IMG/VR virus record: IMGVR_UViG_3300025869_002060
Location: 164,349 to 228,348 of that record
Reading direction: 5' to 3' (one strand)
Length of the DNA: 64,000 nucleotides
Position 1 is the stretch's first letter, and the number at the start of each line of letters is the position of its first letter. Position numbers and translations under genes: made by a program. The notes under the pieces were generated by a model. That model made no database searches. It worked only from the letters and a program-made list of their open reading frames with translations, and had not been told where the DNA came from. Positions 44,357 through 53,226 of this stretch are shown in pieces.

Positions 44357-45440
44357 AGTGTTCCTCCATTTCGGATATATAGTTTACTATCTTTGTGCCA
44401 CGATGTCTATCTCTAATAGTAATCATATCTAAAAATTCTTTCCAGTTTTCTTCATTGGAGTTATCCAATGTATTGATAATTCCTTCTAAACCATTTTGTG
44501 CTTCGTAGTCAACAGCACGAAGTCTATCTTGTGCAAGTTGAGCTAATTCTTTTGGCAAACATACAGGTGCCAGATAATGAGGCTTTGTTAATATATCAAA
44601 CTGTACAAAAAGCTCTTCCTGTTCAGCCCACTCTAATAATCTATCAATATATAATACATTTAAATTTTGTACGACTGTGTTTACAAAAATATTAGCATCG
44701 GGTATTTGACGCATCAACTCTATATTATTAGTTATAACATTCCATTTACTTGGATATCTTATGTAATGATTAAGTTCTGCATATCCGTCAATACTTAAAC
44801 ACATCTTAATGTCGTGTGCTGACAATACATCAACCCAACTTTGATCAAATTTAGTTCCATTTGTTGCAATCATTATTTCTTTACGTTGTGTCAATGATGA
44901 AAGAATATCGCGAACCCAAGGCAACATAAACGGTTCGCCTCCTCTTAGAATAAAACTATCACAGTGTTCCATTATTTCAAGTATCTTGTAATTGTCTTTT
45001 TCATTCCAATCGTATTTCTTCTGATCCCATACCTTGTCAAACAGTTTGTTTTCTTCAACTAAAAATTGACTACTAGATTGCGGATTACACATCAAGCATT
45101 TCAAGTTACATAAATTTGATAACTGTATTTCCCAATCCAGTGGCTGTTCTGTTTGTTCTGTTATGTCACTCCAACGTTCATTGCTGTACTGTCGAAAACT
45201 TTTTGATCCTTGCTCCTCTTGTTTATAACAACGAACACATTCATCACTGTGTTCATTGTTCTTTATACGCTTTCTTAGATCATTGAGATAATCGCTATTC
45301 CACCACTCGTCAACAGAGTGTGTTTTCATATTAAAATCTGTTGTAACAAAACTACGACAACAAGGCATAAAACGTCCTTGGGTGTCTACTAGACTATGCA
45401 TAAACGGACGCACACAAAATTTATCGTTATCTTTGAGCAT
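44349..45440 (-). CDS. Radical SAM protein with N-terminal SPASM/twitch-like domain (copy 5)
   Basis: CVRPF...CC...CVRC; CNLKCLMC; RGGEPF; ATNGT. Confidence 0.9.
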   Translation of the reverse strand: MLKDNDKFCVRPFMHSLVDTQGRFMPCCRSFVTTDFNMKTHSVDEWWNSDYLNDLRKRIKNNEHSDECVRCYKQEEQGSKSFRQYSNERWSDITEQTEQPLDWEIQLSNLCNLKCLMCNPQSSSQFLVEENKLFDKVWDQKKYDWNEKDNYKILEIMEHCDSFILRGGEPFMLPWVRDILSSLTQRKEIMIATNGTKFDQSWVDVLSAHDIKMCLSIDGYAELNHYIRYPSKWNVITNNIELMRQIPDANIFVNTVVQNLNVLYIDRLLEWAEQEELFVQFDILTKPHYLAPVCLPKELAQLAQDRLRAVDYEAQNGLEGIINTLDNSNEENWKEFLDMITIRDRHRGTKIVNYISEMEEHFA

Positions 45441-46833
45441 AATATCTACACTGTTTCCAAAACTCTTCCATCTCAGGAAATGTTGCTAAAAAGTTTGTGT
45501 CTCTGCGTTTATCGTGTTCAGTAAAGAACCTATAAAAGTCTGCACGATTGTTTTGCAAATATTGTTCAGGTAATTCATCTCCTTTACGCATCCACGCTAT
45601 ATCTCTACGCATACGCTGTACTTCATAATCTTTAAATCCGTGGAATGGATCGTCTTTGGTTTCTAAGTTTCGTTCCATCCAATTTGCAACTTCTTCTAAT
45701 TTTTCAGCATAAGGCCATGGCAATATCTGTAGACTTTGCCAAGTTGGTTGACGCAACAATGGTGTATCAAACCATATACGCTGATAAGTTGAACTAAACG
45801 CTTTACGTAAATCAAGTATCCATTCTAACTGCTTTTTAATTCCACTCACACTCAAGTTATTCATTGTAATAATAAATGTTAAACTATTACGCTCGGGCAC
45901 CTCTCCTAAATACCTATATACATTATGATGCATACGAGTCCATTGAAGTCCGTGCCTAATATATTCTGCTTGTTCTGGCACACCAGTGTCAAGGCTAACA
46001 TATTGCATAAAATGTTCTATTTGTGTTTTACATAACTTTTTTACGTAACCAATATACTTTTCAAACAGTTTATCTTCAACACTGAAGTTGCTTGTTACAT
46101 TTAGATGTAACTCTGGATTTGGTAATGCTAGTACATAATCAAACACACGATATGTATTGTTATCCATCAACGGTTCACCACCAGTCATACGGAAATGTTT
46201 TAGGTGTGGGTATAACGAGGGCCACCATTCCCAAAACGCATCAACATATGGATTTTCTTCTCTGTGTGGAATTGGTCTATTACGCCCAACAAAATGTTCA
46301 GGTGCATTATGCGGAACACTAGTAGGATATGCTCCTACTTTTTTAGTTTCCTTCATCCATGTGCTACTAAATTGTGGACTGCAATACGAACAGGCCAAGT
46401 TACATGCATTATTAAAATTAACTTCAACGTAACTAGGTTTCCAGTCTTCGTCACCAGTACTGTTTTTAATTGCTTCGTAATCACTGGCCGCCCAAGGTTC
46501 TCCACTGCGATAATGTCTATCGCTTAGGTTACCTGAATCCTCAATGTTCCAGCAATACTGACACTCTGGAGGACGTTCACCTTTGAGCATCATTTTACGC
46601 TGTTCTTTTTTGTGTTCTGTATTGTGCAATGCATTAGGATCGAGTTTTACTTTCTCGCGATCCATTTGATGCAACGGAGGATGATAGCAACTATTATTCA
46701 GCCCTGTTGGTAAATGAAAACTTACTTGTTTCCATTTTGCTAAACACAAGCCGTGGCCAAGATTATCTTTCATAAACTCGGCACTAGCCATAAACTTACT
46801 TTTATTACCTACGGATTCGTCACCCTTGTTCAT
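45427..46833 (-). CDS. Radical SAM protein with N-terminal SPASM/twitch-like domain (copy 6, AKW subtype)
   Basis: CLAKW...SCYHP...CQYC; CNLACSYC; TGGEPL. Confidence 0.9.
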   Translation of the reverse strand: MNKGDESVGNKSKFMASAEFMKDNLGHGLCLAKWKQVSFHLPTGLNNSCYHPPLHQMDREKVKLDPNALHNTEHKKEQRKMMLKGERPPECQYCWNIEDSGNLSDRHYRSGEPWAASDYEAIKNSTGDEDWKPSYVEVNFNNACNLACSYCSPQFSSTWMKETKKVGAYPTSVPHNAPEHFVGRNRPIPHREENPYVDAFWEWWPSLYPHLKHFRMTGGEPLMDNNTYRVFDYVLALPNPELHLNVTSNFSVEDKLFEKYIGYVKKLCKTQIEHFMQYVSLDTGVPEQAEYIRHGLQWTRMHHNVYRYLGEVPERNSLTFIITMNNLSVSGIKKQLEWILDLRKAFSSTYQRIWFDTPLLRQPTWQSLQILPWPYAEKLEEVANWMERNLETKDDPFHGFKDYEVQRMRRDIAWMRKGDELPEQYLQNNRADFYRFFTEHDKRRDTNFLATFPEMEEFWKQCRYYAQR

Positions 46834-47136
46834 TTACCATCCCATCATAAATCGAGTTTCTTCAGGTACCATTTCTATTGTAAACGGTGGATCAAATGTT
46901 GTGTTAACAATAACACTCAACACTTCTGGTGCATACCCTGCTTGTTGTATATCACTAACAATTTGATCTGCAAACGGACAGAATGCACTTGTTAATGTGT
47001 GCGTGATTGTAACTTCGTATTCGCTTTGATCTATCGCAATATCGTATATCAATCCTAAATCATATACATTACAACTTATTTCTGGATCAAAAACTTTACG
47101 TAAGTTTTCAATAACAATATCTTTATCTATTGCCAT
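46834..47136 (-). CDS. SufT/PaaD-like (DUF59) Fe-S assembly protein
   Basis: LRKVFDPEI..NVYDLGLIYDI; TLTSAFCP; FDPP. Confidence 0.9.
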   Translation of the reverse strand: MAIDKDIVIENLRKVFDPEISCNVYDLGLIYDIAIDQSEYEVTITHTLTSAFCPFADQIVSDIQQAGYAPEVLSVIVNTTFDPPFTIEMVPEETRFMMGW

Positions 47137-47137
47137 T

Positions 47138-48070
47138 TTACCAACCCTCTATTCTGCGAATAACATCAATTTCTTTTGTCATTAGCTCTAAGTTTTTATG
47201 ACCAGTTGCATAGTGATATTTAAAGAAAGCACTTTGTTCTGCATCAAGTTCAACAATATTTAATGCTAATCTATTATTAAGTAATTCTGTAATAGTTTCC
47301 ATGTCATTATGATTTCCTATTGCAGTAACTTCGAGGTATTCTTCATGTAAGTATGCAAGTTTATCAAAGTCTTGTACTTGAGTAAAATCCCAATCCGACA
47401 ACATTGTTTTGTATGTGCCGTACCGAGCTCCGTTGATTGCTTCTTCTCCGTGTTCAACATCACGACCAATTGTTTGCCAAATCTGCAAGTGATCTAGATT
47501 ACGTTTCTTTGCGTTATCATCGAACTCTTGCAGACTTGGCTTGCGTCCACGATCTAAGCACATTTTAACACCTTCGCGAAAACCAGCCCTCCAGGCATGA
47601 TATTGACTTCCGTTAGGATATGTAGTGCTATAGCAGTTGTGCATAGGGTAGTAAGTTTCCTCGAAACAAAACTCTACAGCCGTTTCGTGACTCCCGTCAC
47701 TTGCTTCGTGGGTTCGCATATTGTTAACAAAGCCTTTGCTCCAGACACTCATGCCACCATTACCATACATTAATCCATTAATGTGGTTACGTGCTTTCCA
47801 TCTAAAAGCAGAGTCTTCGCCAGGCGTTTCAATTTGTAAATTAAAAAACTCTGGATCTGGAATATTATCGCCATCAATTAAAACAAAAAAGTTAGTGTCA
47901 CTTGCATCAGCACACGCCTTATGAGCCGCATCTGATCCTTTAACGTTATCTACTCGTTTTGCCCATGGAACAATATTCTGTATTTGTAGCCAGAATTCTT
48001 CTTTCTGAGGTTCGTCATAACTTAAATAGATGCAGTCTAAATCTGCAACATCAGTGATTTTCAAATCCAT
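47138..48070 (-). CDS. GT-A fold glycosyltransferase-like protein
   Basis: DCIYLSYDEP, KGSDAAHKAC, FVLIDGDN (DxD), AWRAGFREGVK. Confidence 0.7.
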   Translation of the reverse strand: MDLKITDVADLDCIYLSYDEPQKEEFWLQIQNIVPWAKRVDNVKGSDAAHKACADASDTNFFVLIDGDNIPDPEFFNLQIETPGEDSAFRWKARNHINGLMYGNGGMSVWSKGFVNNMRTHEASDGSHETAVEFCFEETYYPMHNCYSTTYPNGSQYHAWRAGFREGVKMCLDRGRKPSLQEFDDNAKKRNLDHLQIWQTIGRDVEHGEEAINGARYGTYKTMLSDWDFTQVQDFDKLAYLHEEYLEVTAIGNHNDMETITELLNNRLALNIVELDAEQSAFFKYHYATGHKNLELMTKEIDVIRRIEGW

Positions 48071-48338
48071 AGTATTGCCCTTCTCCGGAGTTAATTAATA
48101 TACCAGCATGATTCTTAGCAGACTTATACGAACTGATTTTACATTTTTGTAATAACATTTGATCAGGATTATCTGTTGCACGAGTAAGTTTTCCATTGAC
48201 TACTCTTAGGCGTGTATACTCAGGTCTATCGTACATTGCTTTATTGATACGAATAAATCTACCAGGAACCTCTTCATTGACTGTTATCCTAATAGGCATT
48301 CCTGCCTCATCATAGTATAACCTGTAGATAAAATCCAT
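48051..48338 (-). CDS. Hypothetical protein
   Basis: Start refined to MDFIYRLYY (TAATG overlap with the upstream micro-ORF). Confidence 0.7.
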   Translation of the reverse strand: MDFIYRLYYDEAGMPIRITVNEEVPGRFIRINKAMYDRPEYTRLRVVNGKLTRATDNPDQMLLQKCKISSYKSAKNHAGILINSGEGQYYGFENH

Positions 48339-48463
48339 TATTTTAAAATCCATAGCAGAGTTAATCCCACTGTAAGGAATGCAAGTAAATGCCATATCTT
48401 AAGTTTAGGATACACAACGTGGCCTTTGTTTTCGTCTTGTAAATCATCCCATATGTTTTTCAT
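48338..48463 (-). CDS. 41-aa membrane micro-protein (not in ORF track)
   Basis: MKNIWDDLQDENKGHVVYPKLKIWHLLAFLTVGLTLLWILK; C-terminal TM helix; fills the gap between two genes. Confidence 0.65.
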   Translation of the reverse strand: MKNIWDDLQDENKGHVVYPKLKIWHLLAFLTVGLTLLWILK

Positions 48464-49298
48464 AGTCTTGTATTAACTCCTTAACTTTAAATTTTTTATC
48501 ATGATAATGTACTGGTTGAAGTTGTTGTACGTTATTAATACGCAATTCATTTAATTCATTTTCAACCAGCACACTATCAAATATTTGTGTACTCTCAGCC
48601 CAACCTTGTATACCCGGTTTCATATGTGCAAATGTAAAGAAATCTAAGCTAGGAACATAAGGCTCAATTTCTAACATTGCTGATACAATACTGTAAACAA
48701 CATCAGTTGTAGGATTTTCATCACGTATATTAGTAAGTGCAAAATCACGCACTTCAGTCCAGTTACGATATACGTCACGAGCTAGGGTAAAAAACTCTGT
48801 TGCTTCGCGACTGTACCGGAAATACATCATACCATTATATACATCAGGTAAATTATTATCACTGAATAACTTACGATAGCGATTGCCTGTGTATAAACGT
48901 TGTTGCAGATCTACTACTCCATGACTTAAAACTACATTTCTTAATCTAAGTGCTGGCCACCAATGGGAGATATTCCTTGGAAACAGCAAATCAGATTCAA
49001 GTTTGATGGTCTCTTTAAACGGCGTTAACCAGAATGATTGCCATTCGTTGGCCAACTTCCATTCATCATTTTCAGCTTCATCAATTTCTAGGGTAATAAC
49101 GTAGTCGAACGCACGGCGTTGAGTGTCTGTTATTTGAGACTTAGTAAACTCGTCAACTATGACAGCATATAGACTGTCGGGCTGAGTTACCTTTATATTT
49201 AGCGCCTGAAGGTAGGCCAGCTCTAAATAATCCACATCATTTGTGTTCTGTGCAATAGTTAGAAATCCTCTTTGAGCACAATGTGGTTGTTTACGCAT
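48444..49298 (-). CDS. GT-A glycosyltransferase-like protein (GT8-like)
   Basis: GFLTIA, YLELAYLQALNIK, TPFKETIKLESDLLF, VYNGMMYF. Confidence 0.65.
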   Translation of the reverse strand: MRKQPHCAQRGFLTIAQNTNDVDYLELAYLQALNIKVTQPDSLYAVIVDEFTKSQITDTQRRAFDYVITLEIDEAENDEWKLANEWQSFWLTPFKETIKLESDLLFPRNISHWWPALRLRNVVLSHGVVDLQQRLYTGNRYRKLFSDNNLPDVYNGMMYFRYSREATEFFTLARDVYRNWTEVRDFALTNIRDENPTTDVVYSIVSAMLEIEPYVPSLDFFTFAHMKPGIQGWAESTQIFDSVLVENELNELRINNVQQLQPVHYHDKKFKVKELIQDYEKHMG

Positions 49299-50037
49299 TT
49301 AATACCTCTTCAAACTCTATACTTTGTAGATATTGTTTGTCGTGGAAATGCAAAGATATGTATGGTAAAACATATGCTCCGTCGTCTGTAATAACTTTGA
49401 TCCAATCGTCTATAATAATTTGGTTAACTTTGCCTTGAATAGTTTGTATACTCCACGGTATTTTAGTAGAAGTATCTTCAACATAACCATTTACTAACCT
49501 ATCTGCAATAGTAAAAGCGGCATCATTGCGAAAATTACTTGTCTGTAATTTATACAATGCACGATAATAAGGATAGTTGTTTTGTATCATTTTAGCAAAC
49601 TCAAATAAATCCTTTGACTTCTGTGTCTTATTAAATACAATTACTGTAGCCCATAACATAGGACCAATCGATAACTGTCCAAGAGTATCAACCAAGTTTT
49701 CTTTGTTAACATAAGTGTTCTTGTCTACTATAGCATAATCTTGTACAGTGTCAAGTACTTTGAGTAAATTACTATCAAATATTAGATAATCGCCGTCAAC
49801 TAATATAGTTTGATCATATGGAGATAAGTCGTATGCTTCACACCTTCCGGTATTTTGCCATTCGACTATTTCATTGTCCACTCTTCTTTTATTACTTGAC
49901 TTTGTACCACTTACAATAGTTGTTGGCAATCCAAGATACTTTTTAATTAGTTTAGCATTAATTTTTGCAATCTTTATATAATCAATTTCTTTTGTATTAG
50001 TTGCAAATATTAATACACCTTTAGACTTTTCTGACAC
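49291..50037 (-). CDS. GT-A glycosyltransferase-like protein (GT8-like)
   Basis: YDLSPYDQTILVDGDYL (DxD), WATVIVFNK, FRND. Confidence 0.7.
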   Translation of the reverse strand: MSEKSKGVLIFATNTKEIDYIKIAKINAKLIKKYLGLPTTIVSGTKSSNKRRVDNEIVEWQNTGRCEAYDLSPYDQTILVDGDYLIFDSNLLKVLDTVQDYAIVDKNTYVNKENLVDTLGQLSIGPMLWATVIVFNKTQKSKDLFEFAKMIQNNYPYYRALYKLQTSNFRNDAAFTIADRLVNGYVEDTSTKIPWSIQTIQGKVNQIIIDDWIKVITDDGAYVLPYISLHFHDKQYLQSIEFEEVLNA

Positions 50038-50326
50038 GTTTTAGTTCCTGGTGTTGAGTATGCCAATCATTCATTACTGCTTGGTAACGTTGATTGGCTA
50101 ACTCTAATAATTCATAACGTTTAATAGCAATAGGATTATTATACGTATCTTCGAGGAACATGTCTTCGTCGTTCCAGGTTGACAAAAAAGAAATTAGTTC
50201 AGGTGTGATATAAAACAGTCCACCATTATAGGTTACATGTAACTCTGTAACCATTTTTTCTCTAAGTGCTTTTTTATTTGTTTGGAATTTAGTAGCTGAC
50301 TTAACACGTTCTACTATATCAGTCAT
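50021..50326 (-). CDS. Hypothetical protein
   Basis: 101-aa ORF directly after ACP in the same run. Confidence 0.75.
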   Translation of the reverse strand: MTDIVERVKSATKFQTNKKALREKMVTELHVTYNGGLFYITPELISFLSTWNDEDMFLEDTYNNPIAIKRYELLELANQRYQAVMNDWHTQHQELKRVRKV

Positions 50327-50327
50327 A

Positions 50328-50582
50328 TTATTTTCCTTGAACTTTTCTTACATTCTCTATAAAGGTAATTGCATCCTCTACGGTATGAAAATTTTCAGCA
50401 TCGCTATCATCTATTTCAATCTGAAATTCTTCTTCAAATGCCATAGCCAACTCAATGGTATCCAGGCTATCGGCCCCCAGATCATCAACAAAGTCTGAAT
50501 TTAAATATATATTTTGTTCTTCAACACCTAGGTGTTCTTCTAAGATATTGATTATTCTAGGTAAAGTGTCTTCGTAAACCAT
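50328..50582 (-). CDS. acpP: Acyl carrier protein
   Basis: DDLGADSLDTIELAMAFEEEF phosphopantetheine-attachment motif; acidic 84 aa; GGAG RBS. Confidence 0.93.
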   Translation of the reverse strand: MVYEDTLPRIINILEEHLGVEEQNIYLNSDFVDDLGADSLDTIELAMAFEEEFQIEIDDSDAENFHTVEDAITFIENVRKVQGK

Positions 50583-50610
50583 GTAATACTCCTAAACGAA
50601 AGTTGCTAGT

Positions 50611-50639
50611 AGTATATAACAAAAAACCCACTCTGTCAA
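50611..50639 (-). promoter_or_regulatory. Sigma70-type promoter for the ACP-led transcript
   Basis: Minus strand TTGACA-17nt-TATACT. Confidence 0.8.
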
Positions 50640-50658
50640 GTGGGTTTTTCTTTTTTTG
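50621..50658. terminator. Rho-independent terminator ending the virion-gene block
   Basis: AAAAACCCACT-ctgtca-AGTGGGTTTTT inverted repeat with U-tracts on both strands. Confidence 0.85.
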
Positions 50659-50678
50659 GTTTAATTAGTGGAAATTTA

Positions 50679-51602
50679 TTAACCTGGAGTAATGGATCCC
50701 CATGTATTTGCTAAATTAGTTGTTTCTGGTGGGCGAACAGTAAGAGAAGTAACAACATTTACACTAACCGCATCATCAAATCCATCAGCGGCTGTATCAG
50801 TTAATTCTACAGTCAATGTTACAATCTGACCAACGTCTGCGTTAGAACCTTGTACACCATTTGTATGGATTTTAACTTGTACATCGTTGTTGTTATAGTC
50901 TGCTGTACCTGTGGCACCGAATAGTCTTAGAATTGATGCGGCGCTTGTGCCTGCATTCCAATATCCTAATGCTGTATTAGATGAGTTTAATGTACCACCT
51001 GTTCCTGTACGACTGTTAGTTTGACCGCCAATGACAATAGTTCCAATGTGGCCTAGTAATGTAACCCAGTCACCACTTTTTGATGTACTGTTTTGATTAG
51101 TTGATGAAAAGTTCCAAATTAGTTTACCACCTGCGTTAAAGAAATAACGTGCTTGGTCCGCACTAGCGAATGTTGCTGTACGTGTAAAACTTTGTGTTCC
51201 AGTATTAGTTGTATAGTTGTATGTTGAACTGCCTGTTGCAGTTGCATCAGATCCGTTTGAATTTGCATCTAAACGATTGTTCATTCCGTCTGTAATCTTA
51301 GAACTTAGTGTGCTTAGGAAAGCAATGTTACTTCCTGCTGTCGGAGCACTAATTCCTGATCCAGATCCTGCTTGGTGTGTTAGGATAGAATCAAGTCTAG
51401 CAATCAATGTAGCCCATTGCGTTGCTGTTACGGTTTCAACTCCAACTGTTGATAGTGTTGATGTTTGGCCGTATCCTTTGTTTCCTGTTCCGACACCCCA
51501 AACTGTGTTAATGTTCGCAGTTGTATGCGTTACAGACGCACCACCTTGTGCGAATGTATTGTAATCAACCGCTTGGATTAATCCACCTTGGCTATATGTC
51601 AT
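50679..51602 (-). CDS. Thr/Gly/Ser-rich putative virion protein
   Basis: Composition and position in the structural block. Confidence 0.65.
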   Translation of the reverse strand: MTYSQGGLIQAVDYNTFAQGGASVTHTTANINTVWGVGTGNKGYGQTSTLSTVGVETVTATQWATLIARLDSILTHQAGSGSGISAPTAGSNIAFLSTLSSKITDGMNNRLDANSNGSDATATGSSTYNYTTNTGTQSFTRTATFASADQARYFFNAGGKLIWNFSSTNQNSTSKSGDWVTLLGHIGTIVIGGQTNSRTGTGGTLNSSNTALGYWNAGTSAASILRLFGATGTADYNNNDVQVKIHTNGVQGSNADVGQIVTLTVELTDTAADGFDDAVSVNVVTSLTVRPPETTNLANTWGSITPG

Positions 51603-51620
51603 TTTGTTTTTACCCTATAA

Positions 51621-53165
51621 TTATGATGTTAATTTAACAATGGCTTCGACTTGGCCTTCCTCGTCTGTCCATTTATCTTCTAAAGAACGTCCGATGACGT
51701 TCCAAGGGGTAATTTCATCTTTAGTAGCGGATCTAGCACGGCCATCACCTGCACTCACTAATCTGTCACCCTTATTGACTGTTCCAACTACTGTTACCGG
51801 AACTCTTCCACTAACTGCAATCGCTGGATGCGTTTCATCGTCTCCGGCACCACTATTCATTAAGTATGCCGCTCTACTACTTACCACGCCAAAGACATCG
51901 TCTGATAAATCATTGGCCACTTTGGTAATTTCTTCTGCTCCACCTAGTGCAACAACTGTTCCAGGAGCATAACTGCCATCACTGGCAAAACGCTCCGCCA
52001 AGTCAGCGTATTGTGCTTGGGTTGAAGTTCCATTAAATGTGGAAGCATAAATTGTGTTAAATTTGTGTGTAGCATTACCTAAACTAAATGAGTTTCCTGT
52101 TGAAACTCTAATACTACCTGTAATTTCATTTGTACCGTCATGTTTTAGTAATGACGCTAACTGTGTTTGAATATCTGAAATGCTACTACCTGAACCAGCA
52201 ATAGCGTTTGTTAATGTAGTAATTTCACCATCAACATAACCTTTAGTCGCAATACCATTTGTAGTTGTTGGAACACCAACTGGAACTTCTGCACGGCCTG
52301 CGCCTGTTAATGAAAGTACTTTGGTGTTAACGTTGCTTGATTTAACATAAAAATCAAGATCATTTCCGTTTGTTACACTAGTAACGTTACTAGCACCCGA
52401 TGTAACAGTTAAACTCATATCGTTACTTGAACCAATGTTTAGTCCGCTGTTATTCTGAATTGATTGTGCGGCTGTAAATGCTGTGGTTCCTGCTAGTGTA
52501 GCATATGCTGTTGCCGCAACACCGTTAAGTGAAGTAGCGTTATCTGCATCGCCCCAATATTTAAGTCCTGAAATTGCTGTACTTAAATTAAAGCCTGGTT
52601 TGATTGTAGTGAAACCTGGAGCAGAACCTGCTGTTAATGGAGTAAACTCTGCATCTCTACTTAGTATACTAGTTAATTGGTTATTAACGAAGAACTTAAC
52701 AACAACGTGAGTAGCGTTACTAACTGTGTTATCAGCAATAATATCTGCTACTGCACCTGTTTGTCCTGATGTTGCTGTAAATGCTGGGCCAATTGTTACA
52801 AAGCTAGTTCCGGAGTAAACTTTAAGCTGAGTATTTGTGGTATCCCACCATAAATCGCCAACAACTGGATCAGCTGGGGCGGATGAACTACTAATTGAAC
52901 TCGAAATAACTTTCCAAGCACTTCCTGTGAACACTTTAAGTAGTTTGTTAGCACTATCATACCAAAGTTGTCCAGTAAGTGGATCATCTGGGGCGGCAGA
53001 GTTTGAAAAGTTCTCTAATATTTTGACAAAGTTCTGGTTAAGGAAAGCACCGTAACCTGAATAGTTTTTTCCGATTAGTACAAGACTTGTGGTTGTTTCG
53101 TCAGTCAACCCGTCTGCTAAGTTAATTAGCGTAGTACCATCTGTTTTGGTAATTGTATATGGCAT
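51621..53165 (-). CDS. Fibre/baseplate-appendage-like protein with C-terminal autoprocessing-chaperone-like domain
   Basis: N-terminal Y.I..TDG...G(K/R)NY.GYG..LN.NF..LLENF; C-terminal YADLAERF...AVSGRVPV..GD.L. Confidence 0.7.
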   Translation of the reverse strand: MPYTITKTDGTTLINLADGLTDETTTSLVLIGKNYSGYGAFLNQNFVKILENFSNSAAPDDPLTGQLWYDSANKLLKVFTGSAWKVISSSISSSSAPADPVVGDLWWDTTNTQLKVYSGTSFVTIGPAFTATSGQTGAVADIIADNTVSNATHVVVKFFVNNQLTSILSRDAEFTPLTAGSAPGFTTIKPGFNLSTAISGLKYWGDADNATSLNGVAATAYATLAGTTAFTAAQSIQNNSGLNIGSSNDMSLTVTSGASNVTSVTNGNDLDFYVKSSNVNTKVLSLTGAGRAEVPVGVPTTTNGIATKGYVDGEITTLTNAIAGSGSSISDIQTQLASLLKHDGTNEITGSIRVSTGNSFSLGNATHKFNTIYASTFNGTSTQAQYADLAERFASDGSYAPGTVVALGGAEEITKVANDLSDDVFGVVSSRAAYLMNSGAGDDETHPAIAVSGRVPVTVVGTVNKGDRLVSAGDGRARSATKDEITPWNVIGRSLEDKWTDEEGQVEAIVKLTS

Positions 53166-53226
53166 TTACATGTTCTCCGTACAAGTATATTTCACTTTAT
53201 ATGTTTTATTTATCAACATCGTAGTC

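Noticed and set aside
36756-48463. Classical RiPP cluster around the radical SAM array
   Set aside because: No repeated or leader-core precursor peptides, PqqD/RRE domain, protease or exporter were found; only two dissimilar micro-ORFs
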